A stretch of 36,488 nucleotides of DNA from Octopus bimaculoides (GCF_001194135.2 NC_069004.1:5430626-5467113); one strand, 5' to 3'. Positions 11,051-21,795 are shown, counted from the first letter of the stretch. Notes: a model not told the origin generated them from the letters alone. Made by a program: numbers and translations.

Positions 11051-11232
11051 TGTTATTGTCATATGATGACTGTTAGCTACTAGTTATTCAAAAAGAGATA
11101 CAATTTACTAAAAGATGAAATGATATAGAAATCTCCAGCCATATCTGGATATAACAATATCTTAATAACTGAATATTTTTCAGTTATTAATAGTTAATAT
11201 AGTTAGTAATAATTTATAACCATTACTACGTA

Positions 11233-11366
11233 GGTGCAGGAGTGGCTGTGTGGTAAGTAGCTTGCTTACCAACTACATGGTACCGGGTTCAGTCCCACTG
11301 TGTGGAACCTTGGGCAACCAAAACCTTGTGAGTGGATTTGGTAGATGGAAAATGAAAGAAGCCCAT

Positions 11367-11404
<38 letters not shown>

Positions 11405-11719
11405 NNNNNNNNNNNNNNNNNNNNNNNNNNNNNNNNNNNNNNNNNNNNNNNNNNNNNNNNNNNNNNNNNNNNNNNNNNNNNNNNNNNNNNNNNNNNNNNN
11501 NNNNNNNNNNNNNNNNNNNNNNNNNNNNNNNNNNNNNNNNNNNNNNNNNNNNNNNNNNNNNNNNNNACCCAGTAAGTTAGCGGTTCAGCAAAAGTGACCG
11601 ATCGAAGAATAAGTACTAGGCTTACAAAGAATAAGTCTTGGGGTCGATTTGCTCGACTAAAGGCGGTGCTCCAGCATGGCTGCAGTCAAATGACTGAAAC
11701 AAATAAAAGAATAAAAGAA
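11233..11719 (+). mobile_element. SINE family A/B: tRNA-like head, central domain, (TA)n (gap), B tail
   Basis: TGGCTGTGTGG and GGTTCAGTCCC Pol III boxes; GTGAGTGGATTTGGTAGATGGAAA central motif; tail ends (AAGAATAA)n. Confidence 0.9.
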
Positions 11720-12030
11720 CTTGCTTAGTTTAGGCAATAATTGGTAGAGCCACTAAAAGTCTATATCAATAGTGATGGTCATGCTAATATTCGTGGCTAT
11801 GATTGTTAGTATTGGCAGCTATTGTAATAGTTAGTATTGGCTACAGTAGTCAGTATTGATTGATACAAATGGCTAGGATTGGTAGTTATTACTAGTTAGT
11901 ATTGGCAGCTAAAATATTAGTTCTGGTAGTTTTAATAGTATTAATGGCTCTAATATTAGTATTAATAGTTATAATTAGTATATTAGTATTGGTAGTTATA
12001 ATTGTTAGTATTAATGTTAGTATTAATATT

Positions 12031-12389
12031 CTTGTATTTGTTTCAATTATTTGATTGCGGCCATGCTGGAGCACTGCCTTTAGTTGAACAAGTCGACCCC
12101 AGGACTTATTCTTTGTAAGCCTAGTACTTATTCTGTCGGTCTCTTTTTGCCGAACTGCTGTGTTATGGGGACGGAAATGCACCAACATCGGTTGTCAAGC
12201 AATGGTGGAGAGATGAATATAGACACACAAACATATATACACAGACATATATATTTATACATACATGACGGGCTTCTTTCAGTTTCCATCTACTAAATTC
12301 CCTCACAAGGCTTTGCTCCCATGCAGTAGGACTGAACCCAGAACCATGTAGTTGGTAAGCAAGGTACTTACCACACAGCCACTCCTGTG
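12031..12389 (-). mobile_element. SINE family A/B with an internal deletion in the A part
   Basis: Reverse complement of 11233-11719, including a 32-nt exact match AGAATAAGTACTAGGCTTACAAAGAATAAGTC. Confidence 0.92.
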
Positions 12390-12426
12390 TCTCCGCACGG
12401 ATACAATGTGATCTCTGCCCAGTACG

Positions 12427-12585
12427 ATGGGCTTCTTTCAGTTTCCATCTCCCAAATCCACTCTCAAGGCCTTGGTCGGCCCGAGGCTATAGTAGAAGAC
12501 ACTTGCCCAAGGTGCCACGCAATGGGACTGAACCCGGAACCATGTGGTTGGTAAGCAAACTACTTACCACACAGCCACTCCTGTG
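12427..12585 (-). mobile_element. SINE family A (head plus central domain)
   Basis: Nearly identical to 23397-23559. Confidence 0.92.
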
Positions 12586-12701
12586 GTAATAATAGTTAGT
12601 ATTGAAGGATATAGTAGTACTGTTGTTTGGACTAGTTTTGGTATCTAATTAGAATTTGTGACTATAGTAGTTAGATAGTAACTAGTTAATATTGGTGGCG
12701 A

Positions 12702-12905
12702 TAGCTGTTTGGATCTTGATTACCTCTTAGGAAGCTGACCTGTGATCAAAGGCATTCTAGTCGTGACCACCACCACTCCGCTCTTTCATTCAGACGTCAT
12801 GTTTGGGATATAGGACTACATTAGCCAGTGTTGTTCTTTGTGTAATGTGGTCGGATGTGATTTGAGGACTTGTGCGATTTGACTGGTGTTTTTAGCTGAT
12901 CGAAC
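12702..12905 (-). mobile_element. Family F repeat, diverged
   Basis: ACCTGTGATCAAAGGCATTCTAG...GATTTGAGGA...TTTTTAGC similar to 14352-14590. Confidence 0.6.
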
Positions 12906-13459
12906 GACCGCAGGCAGGCACCGACATAAGGGAAAGGCTCTGTATGTGTATGAGTGAAAATCAGTGTTTGTATATATATGTGTGTGTGTAAGAGAGAGAG
13001 AAAAGTAGTTCTGTAATGAGAAATGGTAGGTTTGTACCATAGTGATTCATCATCATCGTCATCATACCGTTGTTGTCATCATAATCATTAATGTTCGATG
13101 AGAAAGGCAGGTAAGATAGACAGTTAGATTGATAAACAGGTACATTGAAAGGTAGACAAGAAATGGAGACAGAAAAAAAATAGTAGGTGTATGTGTGTAT
13201 GTAGATGCACACAGATATTTATGTGTGTGTAAAATAGAAAAAGAATTGTCGGTACATGGGTAGGCTTGAATATATATATATATATACGAACATGTGTAAA
13301 TGAACGGGTTTATAAGGGGAGCCGCGGACACACAGACATACACAGACCGGGAAACCTAAATACTTGTGTAGATCACTAAATAAATAGATGAATAGCCAGA
13401 GTTTGGTAGAATTGATAGGTAAATAAATAACTTAAGTAATACGCAAGCAGTTTGATTGG

Positions 13460-13740
13460 AAGACAGACAGACAGACATTAATCTACGTTAATAGATGGAT
13501 GGGTGGGTGGATAAACTAAGTTATCTAAATAGATAGATAGACAGATAGATTCGTCTTGATAAATAGATGGACGAATGGATGGATCAACTGAAACAGATAG
13601 ATTGGTAGATAGATAGACAGAGCAATAAATAGATATATAGATAGATATAGATTGATAGATAGACAAATGGATAGATAGCTTGATAGGTAAAATAGGCAGG
13701 CGAAATGGTTGACTAGGTGACTAGTTAGGTAGATGTGAAG
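13460..13740. repeat. (GATA)n/(GACA)n/(GATG)n tetranucleotide array
   Basis: Directly visible. Confidence 0.93.
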
Positions 13741-14118
13741 AAAGATGGGTGATTCAGATTTGACAGTTATAACACTGAAGTTTGTAATGTCAATTATGAC
13801 ATGATAGTAGTAGTATTAGGAGTAGTAGCAGTAGTAGTAAGTGCATACCTGTGACTGTCTGATAATGCTACCTTGCATATTATAAAACATAAAAATTGGG
13901 TATGTGGTCTCTTACAGTCCCATACATACACGCACACACGCGTGTATGTAACTCCCCATACATACATATATATACACTCACAGATATATATATATGTATA
14001 TCTACACACACGCATAAGACTGATATGCAGACGTGCACACACACACATATTCACATACAGATATATTACATACATTAAGACTGCATACACGTACATACCT
14101 TTATATACATATACACGC

Positions 14119-14149
<31 letters not shown>

Positions 14150-14351
14150 AAGATACATATAGACATACATATGAGCGCATGCGCGTTTGTTTTTGTATTA
14201 TCTAACATAAACATTGCATGTATGTATGTGTATAAGACATAGTTCGTATCACACAACGTTATACAAATGGTGTTTATGTATATACTTATTTATTGTATAC
14301 ATTTATTTTGGATATCTTTTATACAACGTGTGTGTGTGTGAGATTCGATAT

Positions 14352-14489
14352 TGACGTTTAGCCCCAGGTCAGTCCTTATCGAGCAGGCGTATGATGATAA
14401 AAGGCGTTCCACCTAGGACCACCTTGTCATTTTTTTTCCAACGTGCAGGGAACCCAGGAATACACAGGGCAACGCATCCCTTGTTTTTT

Positions 14490-14524
<35 letters not shown>

Positions 14525-14590
14525 CTGTAAGACAATAAACGGTATGATTTCAGAGGGATTTCGTTGCTATATCTAGCGATCGAACGGTCA
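14352..14590 (-). mobile_element. Family F repeat
   Basis: GTTTAGCCCCAGGTCAG tail and GAGGGATTTCGTTGCTATATCTAGC head, inverse of the motifs at 17110-17341. Confidence 0.65.
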
Positions 14591-14945
14591 CTTAGTGGCT
14601 TTCTTATTGACTCGCTTTATACGATGTATACAAACACACATACATACACACACACACACATTTAGTGCATGTGACTTCAACGATGTGTGTATATATGTAC
14701 GTATGTATACATACATATATATATATCAGTGACTAAACACAGTTTGGCAAGGGATGGTGAAGCACCTTGCTAGTCGCTAATTAGTCACAAACATGATTAC
14801 TACTACTACTACTACTCTTCCTCTCTCTCTACTGCAACCACCATCACTAGTTTTACTGCATCACCTCTACATCCCTTTCTTCTCCCTTCTCAGCCACCCT
14901 CTCTCTCTGTCTCACACATACGGATACACGTGCGCGCGTGTGTGT

Positions 14946-14976
<31 letters not shown>

Positions 14977-15073
14977 NNNNNNNNNNATATATATATATAT
15001 ATATATATATATAGTATTGTTTTTACTATAAGTTTTTTGGGAATCGTCGCTGATCACGCAAATTCTGATTTTA

Positions 15074-15105
<32 letters not shown>

Positions 15106-15289
15106 GTGTGTGTGTGTGTGTGTGTTTGTGTATATATATATACATATACACCTCCTCTCTGTATTTATGTCTCTTTCTCACTACGCATACCTATATATGT
15201 TTGTGTGTGTGTTTATATATACATCTCTACGCTCGCACCTGATACAATTAGTTTCTCCCACCTCTGCCTTGCCTTTCAAACAACACCTC

Positions 15290-16470
15290 TCACCGCCACC
15301 ACCACCACAGCTGCAACCACCTCAGTACTGCATTGCTACTGCTCCCCCTCCCTTTTCAGTGACTAGCTCTACTCCTCCTGTCACTACTACTCATCTCTGC
15401 TCTTGCTTCTACCGCTCCTACTGCCACCGCTACCACCACTGCGGCTGTTACTGCTTGCTACCACTTCTACTGCGACCTTTGCCGCCACCGCCATCGTGAT
15501 TATTAGACTCTCCTCCACCACCACCATGGTGACTATTATAGCAGCCACCACCACCGCCGCCTTCATTGTGATTATCGTAGGGGGTTACTGCTACGTCTAT
15601 TACAACTACTTCCACTGCCACCACGATTGTGACTATTACAGGTGTTACTACTACGTTTATAATCGCTACTGCCACCGCCACCACCTTTGTGACTATTACA
15701 GCTGTTGCTACTACTTCAGTCACAACTACTGCTACCACTACCACAATTGTGACTATTACAGCTACCACCATCATCGCTACTGCGATCGTCGCTGCTACCA
15801 CTTCTATAGCAACTACGTCTCCCGCTACTGCTCCCACCGATATGATTGTGACGTGCTCACTGTTGCTGCCACCACCTCTATCGCTATTACTGCTACCGCT
15901 ACCGCCACTTTACCGCGTACCTTCACGCGCGCACACACACACATTATATTTGCTACTACGTCTATTTATTTACCTGCCACTACCACTCTCTTAGTTATAC
16001 CGCCGCGCTTACCACATCCACCACCACCACCGACCACTTGTGCGTTCTGTACAAGCGAATTGCTTACTACTACTATAAGCTACCAATACTAGTTCTACTA
16101 CTACTACTACCACCACGATCACAATCATCACTAACTATTACCAGCGAAACTACAGCCCATACGTTCGCTTCCATCACCACCACAACTAAAATGCTACTTC
16201 TACAACCGCCACCATCTTCATGTAGCCAGCTCTTCCACCATCCGTCTCCATCACTATTAATACTATAACCACCACATCACCATTACCACTACCACTACTA
16301 CTAAAAGTACCACCATTGCTAGTATCACAACAATAATCATTATCACAACCAACACCACCACTTATACCGCAACCACTACCACCACAACCACCGCTACTAT
16401 TGCTAATACTGTGACCGCCACTGCTACCGTCATCAGTGAAGCCATCTTCATCACCGTCACCACGACAGCG

Positions 16471-16503
<33 letters not shown>

Positions 16504-17090
16504 TTCTAAAGCCATCTTCGCCAGCGTCACAAATTCGACCCTCACCTCTCCAACCGTAACCGCTACCACCACCACCGGTGCGACTACTGCTGCTGGTGGT
16601 ACTACTACTACCTCCTACTACTACTACCTCCACTACCCTCTCTACTCACCTGCCTGTTATAACACCTGACTTTGTTTCTTCGCTTATTCTACCAGCATCA
16701 ACGACGCCTCCTCCCACCATTACCACCACGACCGACGTTACTCCTACCACCAATACGACTTTCGCCATCACTGCGACCCCCCTCCCCTGTTACTCCTCCT
16801 ACCACGTCGACCACCACTATCTCCGTCGTCACCACCACCGCCACCACTACTATAGTGACTGTCATATTTGTGTCAGGTGCTTGTCCTCCTCCTCCTCCTC
16901 CTCCTCTTCTCACCTATTCTGTCCTTCTAACATGGCTTCTCTTAGTAATATACTAACACCACGGCTGTATTATAAAATTACGATGACCACACAACACAAC
17001 ACAACACACCTGTACTACTGCCCGTACCACAACTATATTCTATCAACAGAACCATTACCACCACCACCACTATTATTAGTAGTATTATAG
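15290..17090. repeat. About 1.8-kb degenerate (ACT)/(ACC)/(GCT) triplet array with an internal repeat of about 60 bp
   Basis: ATTGTGACTATTACAG-like units at about 15530, 15628, 15689 and 15747. Confidence 0.9.
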
Positions 17091-17109
17091 TCGTCGAACT
17101 ACAGTCTGC

Positions 17110-17341
17110 GTGGTCGGTGGACTTGTAAGAAATAGCAACCAAATACTATCCGAAGTTTACCATTCCATACTATACCCGTCTTATGCTAGAAATAGCAGTG
17201 AAATGTCTCGTTCATTTGCAGACCTACCATTCTAGAAAAGAACGCATCAGATAACATGCTGTATAATATGCACACTGGAAATAGACGGGGGTGGTCATGT
17301 TTGGAATGACTTAGAACAGACCTATGGTGAAACAACGACAA
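17110..17341 (+). mobile_element. Family F repeat with duplicated AGAAATAGCA head
   Basis: GAAATAGCAACCAAAT...GGTGGTCATGTTTGGAATG...AAACAACGAC. Confidence 0.6.
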
Positions 17342-17423
17342 TACCCACCACCACCTTCAACAAACTACGCCAACTTTGAACTCAAGAGGTGTGGAACTTT
17401 ATGGTAAATGTATATAATTATGG

Positions 17424-17584
17424 ACAGGCTTTGGCTGTGTGGTAAGAAGCTTGCTTCCCTACTACATGGTTCTGGGTTCAATCCTATTGCATGACATCTT
17501 GGACAAGTGTCTTTTACTATAGCTTTGAGCCGACCAAAGCTTTGTCAGTGGTTTTGGCAGGCGGAAACTGGAAAAAGCCCGTCG

Positions 17585-17630
<46 letters not shown>
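17424..17630 (+). mobile_element. SINE family A plus (TA)n
   Basis: GGCTGTGTGGTAAGAAGCTTGC...GGCGGAAACTGGAAAAAGCCCGTCG. Confidence 0.88.
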
Positions 17631-17631
<1 letters not shown>

Positions 17632-17784
17632 CAAATAATATATGAGTATATGCATATATACGCACATGTATGTACATACCTACATCTACATGTATATATA
17701 GATGCATATCTGGGTACAGGACTCTGCAAAAAAACGTGGACAAAATTATAAACAGAGTACAGAAAGCACACAAGCCACATAGAG

Positions 17785-17863
17785 AACATTTCCTTCATCA
17801 GCTACCGCCATTCTAAAACTAAGCGTTTCGAAAAGTTAGGGCAGGACGCATTATTAGAATGGC
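17785..17863 (-). ncRNA. Hammerhead ribozyme with non-circularly permuted (pseudoknotted) strand order
   Basis: GCCAUUCUAA-UAAU-GCGUC-CUGCC-CU-AACUUUUC-GAAA-CGC-UUAGUU-UUAGAAUGGC-GGUAG-CUGAUGA-A-GGAAAUGUU; all core nucleotides are present and stems I, II and III all pair. Confidence 0.72.
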
Positions 17864-18050
17864 TCTTCCCACGGACCACAAATTAAATTTCTACCGTGGA
17901 GGAATGAAGTGGCGGACAGAAAACAAGACAGGAAAACGAAACAGGGAAAATAAGCAATAAAGGCAAAACGGCCAGACGTGAAAAAATATGTGTATACTGA
18001 ACGCTGTGAAGCAACGAACTGGAAGGAAGAGGAACGAAGAATAGTTCGTG

Positions 18051-18177
18051 CCTTCCACAGGTTCAAAATAAGCATGTCAGTCTAATTCATTTTTCTAGTT
18101 TATGTTGAGTTACTTCAGTCCTACATAAACTAGAAAAATGAATTAGACTGACATGTTTATTTTGAACCTGTGGAAGG
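18051..18177. repeat. 55-bp inverted repeat (1 mismatch) with a 17-nt spacer
   Basis: 18051-18105 versus 18123-18177, checked base by base; the only mismatch is G18072/T18156. Confidence 0.97.
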
Positions 18178-18204
18178 TACACGAGATGCCGAAATATAGT
18201 TCAA
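18162..18204 (+). ncRNA. Variant minimal type I hammerhead motif (A6 replaced by U)
   Basis: UUGAAC-CUGUGGA-A-GGUA(CACGAGA)UGCC-GAAA-U-AUA-GUUCAA: stem I 6 bp, stem II 4 bp, palindromic AUAU stem III. Confidence 0.55.
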
Positions 18205-18429
18205 CTACAAATAAATAACTGNNNNNNNNNNTGGAAGGTACACGAGATGCCGAAATATAGTTCAACTACAAATAAATAACTGTTGCTTTCGAGTCGCGCT
18301 TTTCGTCATTAAGTTGGCCTTGGTGATGGATTACGTCAGCTATGTTTACCTTAGTGATGGATTGTGTCAATCGTATACAAGTAAAGAACTCTTCTCTCTA
18401 TATCTAATAATAATAATGATGATGATGAT

Positions 18430-18597
18430 GGTTTCAAATTTTTCCACAAGGGCAACCATGGTACTTAGTTTATCGACTCCGAAAGGATGAAAGGCAATGT
18501 CGACATCAGCGGAATTTGAACTCGGGACGTAGCAACGGGCGAAATACCGCTACGCATTTCTTCCAGCGCACTAACGATTCTGCCAGCTCACAGCCGT
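18430..18597 (-). mobile_element. SINE family C with internal deletion
   Basis: Reverse complement has GAGCTGGCAGAATCGTTAG...GAGTTCAAATTCCGC...GCCTTTCATCCTTTCGGAGTCGATAAAC. Confidence 0.88.
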
Positions 18598-19119
18598 AAT
18601 AACAATAGTAATAATAATAATGACGATTTCTCTTATTGGTCACAAGGGTTGAAGACATGGTGGACAGTATCAAAGGCTGAGTTACAACACGCAAGAAACG
18701 GGTGGGGTTTACTACATCGATCAAAGGAAGACAATACAACATTAAAAAGTATAACAACAACAATATGGGTGTAGGTAACATGGTACTGCAGCCTTCATGG
18801 ATTTATTCTAAGACACTACAAATTCACAACATACTACTACATCACTATCTCATCACACTGCACAGTAGTATCACATTAAATACCACTAACAGCAACCACC
18901 ACCACCATTACAACACAGTTTTGAACAAGTATCTAACCCCTGAGAGTAACTGCTAATTAATCTAATGGTTTTGTCAATGACGTATATATAGTCTGTATTT
19001 GTGGGTCAACAAGGCAACCAAAGGTTTCATGTGAACGGAACATCACAATTGTTCAAGCATGGAAGTGTTGGTACTCCTCACTATTTTGGATGAGAATACT
19101 GATATTAACATGTGCGTGT

Positions 19120-19194
19120 GTGTGTGCATATATGTATGCATGCGTATATATATGTGTGTGTCTATATTTGTGTGTGTATATATATATGCATATA

Positions 19195-19227
<33 letters not shown>

Positions 19228-19798
19228 TTGCAAGTTAATGAAGAAACGAAATGAATGAAAAGCGATGGAAAGTTGCCAAAATATTGTAGGAGTGTTATAA
19301 ACCGGTTGTCTCCCCCTCTCTCACTTTCTCTTCTTCCTGTGTTCTCTCTTCCTCTATACACGCGCGCGCGCACATACACACACACACACACATACTCATA
19401 CATATAAACACAACACATAAACATGTACATTGATATATACATACATACATATGTGTGTATATACACACACATACAAACGTATATATGCACACACACATGC
19501 ATACCTACGTACACCTCTTCCCACCTGTCTATCTAAATATATGACTACACACGTACACATACAAATATATACACATGCATACATACATACATACACACAC
19601 ACACATATATGCACACACATCCATATCTACGTGCATCTCTCCTCCACCTGTCTATCTAGCTTACTATATAACTACACAAACGCACACGCGCGCGCATACT
19701 CACAAACACATGTTTTCTCACCTCTTTCCAGCTTCTATCATTTCTCTGCAGCCACATTGGGGCCTCCGTTTTTAAGGGTTCCTTTATGTTTCTTTCTT

Positions 19799-19829
<31 letters not shown>

Positions 19830-19830
19830 G
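19120..19830. repeat. (TG)/(TA)/(CA) field ending in (CTT)n
   Basis: Directly visible. Confidence 0.93.
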
Positions 19831-19976
19831 CCCTATTGATCCTTCAGTTTATTTTTTTCCTCTTCGGTTTGATACAAATCGATTTTTCATAAAATGGCTG
19901 TATTATACTTTCTGACACAACACCGTTTATTTATTTATGGATTTAATTAATTCTTCATTCTTCAATAAACGCATCT

Positions 19977-20050
19977 ATGCTTGTGTGGTACAGAAACTCG
20001 CTTTGCAACCACACACACATACTATCAAGTTCAGTCCCGCTGCGCGGCGC
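19977..20050 (+). mobile_element. SINE family A head fragment
   Basis: TGTGTGGTACAGAAACTCGCTT...AGTTCAGTCCCGCTGCGCGGC. Confidence 0.6.
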
Positions 20051-20059
20051 GCCGTACAA

Positions 20060-20358
20060 ATTGATGAATTCTCTGTACAGCAGCTTATACTTAACTAAGT
20101 ACTTCTACTGATGTCTCACCAGGAAAATGGCATCAATCGTAATTGTTCCGAGAGCAAACCGAATTCATAAGCTAACGTTCCTCTTTTTTCAACCCGACTC
20201 TAACTTTCTCCGTGACTTTCGTAACCAGGTCCAACAGTTTGATACTTTTGTAATCACTTCCCTCCTAAGCTGTGGTTCTCAAGCTTTTTACCCTTTGCGT
20301 AAACCTTAAAATAAATTACATGTCTCCGGGAACCAATGCACACAAACACACACACAAA

Positions 20359-20409
<51 letters not shown>

Positions 20410-20448
20410 ATATCTTTCGCATATTTTTTTTCATCGTAGTTCACGTGG

Positions 20449-20483
<35 letters not shown>

Positions 20484-21080
20484 GGTTTGTTATATTTTTT
20501 GATAACATAATAGGTTAGATAGGATGATATCTATATTACAAAATTACAATAACTAATAATATGTTGTGCATGTATAGTAATATCACGATCATGAAATTAG
20601 CATTAGCTTATTTAACTCTTTCTCACGGAAGTTCTTGGAACCTTTTGTAGGACCCTAAGTTTCTGGGGAACCCCAATTGAGAAACACTGCTCTAAATCAT
20701 CCTCCATTATTTTTTAACTATTGACTATGATGCTGCTACACAAGTCTCTAGATATGGCATCTCCTTATACGTCCCGCTTGATTATACATATCCGACACCG
20801 CCAGATATTCTAAGCATCCCAATTGCCCTTCCTGCTAAACCAGAGTCTTCCCTTGTCTTCATATCCGTAATTGTTTTGTCTATAATACTGCTGCCTACTA
20901 GAATAGCTACACATCTTGTTTGATCCACGCTGGGAATAGCTTTTTGCTTTCATGCATTCTCCCCAATTAAATAACTTTTCATAGTAGCACTTTCAGGTCT
21001 CGTTCTTTTCAGAATCACCGTGTGCAAGCGTACCACTGTCTATCCGTACGGACGTCACGATTCTCACAGGTACTGACGAT
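20060..21080 (-). pseudogene. Degraded RTE-clade LINE ORF fragment (linker plus start of reverse transcriptase), split by a MITE
   Basis: With frameshifts and stops: ENRDV..DSGTLAHGDSEKNET*KCYYEKLFN..IDKTITDMKT..MLRISGGVGY..LCSSIIVN | DYKSIKLLDLVTKVTEKV..FG..IDAIFLVR..KYLVK..FINL, the expected order up to just before the FVDLEKAFD motif. Confidence 0.88.
20270..20689. mobile_element. hAT (Charlie-like) MITE with internal (TA)n
   Basis: TIRs CTGTGGTTCTCAA (20270-20282) and TTGAGAAACACTG (20677-20689), 11/13 match; decayed 8-bp TSD CTCCTAAG/CTCTAAAT. Confidence 0.78.
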
Positions 21081-21149
21081 GATTCTCACTGTGTTATGTA
21101 TGTATGTATGTAGTCAATAAAAAAAAAAAATCACAGAAAAAAAAACAAA

Positions 21150-21350
21150 CGTGTGGACGTAGCGCAAGCAATCTGTTAATAAGACGCTCAGAGAAGGAAA
21201 AAGAGTAGTAGTATTACGTTTCTAGCATAGCTCTTCTTCGGAATAAAGAAAAACAGGGAAGTCCAAGACGAAAGAGGAGAAAAATTCACCAACAATCACG
21301 TGCGGTTACATTTTTGAAGTGACCGGAAGTAGAAGGAATGAAGAGAAAGT
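21150..21350 (-). mobile_element. Penelope-like terminal segment with a decayed minimal hammerhead
   Basis: Minus strand CCGAAGA-A-GAGC-UAU-GCUA-GAAACGUA (about 21212-21246) inside pyrimidine-rich flanks. Confidence 0.5.
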
Positions 21351-21554
21351 GATGCATGTGTATACAAATGTATGCATGTGCATACAAATGTATGCATGTG
21401 CAGTGTGCATATATTATTAATACATTTTGTAAAAGAAATGGAATCTGGTTGTTCATATTTAATAAGAATTTGACTTATTTTTGAAGTATGAAATATTCAT
21501 ACAGTAGAATTAATGATGACCTTTGCAATGTATGTATGTGTGTGTGGATGATAA

Positions 21555-21639
21555 GTGTTGGCCACAGGTAGGGCATCTGGGCATAGAAAACCTGCCCGTC
21601 TGAACCAAGTATGCATTGAAAAGTGGACGTTAGAACGAT
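21555..21639 (+). mobile_element. RTE-type-tail repeat fragment
   Basis: GGGCATCTGGGCATAGAAAACCTGCC...GAAAAGTGGACGTTAGAACGAT. Confidence 0.6.
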
Positions 21640-21659
21640 CATAATTAAAGGTGTGTATA

Positions 21660-21663
21660 TCTC

Positions 21664-21711
<48 letters not shown>

Positions 21712-21748
21712 CTTCTCTGTCTGTCTAGCTAGCTAGATATACCATCGT

Positions 21749-21795
<47 letters not shown>

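Larger units (their letters stand above)
11740..12720. repeat. Degenerate (TAGTAT/TAGT)n low-complexity array interrupted by two SINEs
   Basis: AATAGTTAGTATTG units at 11740-12030 and again at 12586-12720. Confidence 0.8.
17708..18290. mobile_element. Penelope-like terminal-repeat-derived composite (two HHR motifs plus a fold-back)
   Basis: HHR cores, pyrimidine-rich flanks on the minus strand, inverted partial duplication; no ORF; boundaries uncertain. Confidence 0.5.

Noticed and set aside
14709-14770. miRNA-sized hairpin (GTGACTAA/TTAGTCAC and GCAAGG/CCTTGC)
   Set aside because: The middle of the stem pairs poorly and I recognise no known mature miRNA; would need small-RNA data.
18171-18281. 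51-bp direct repeat on both sides of a 10-N gap
   Set aside because: An exact duplicate flanking a placeholder gap is typical of an unmerged contig overlap; cannot be called a real tandem repeat without reads.
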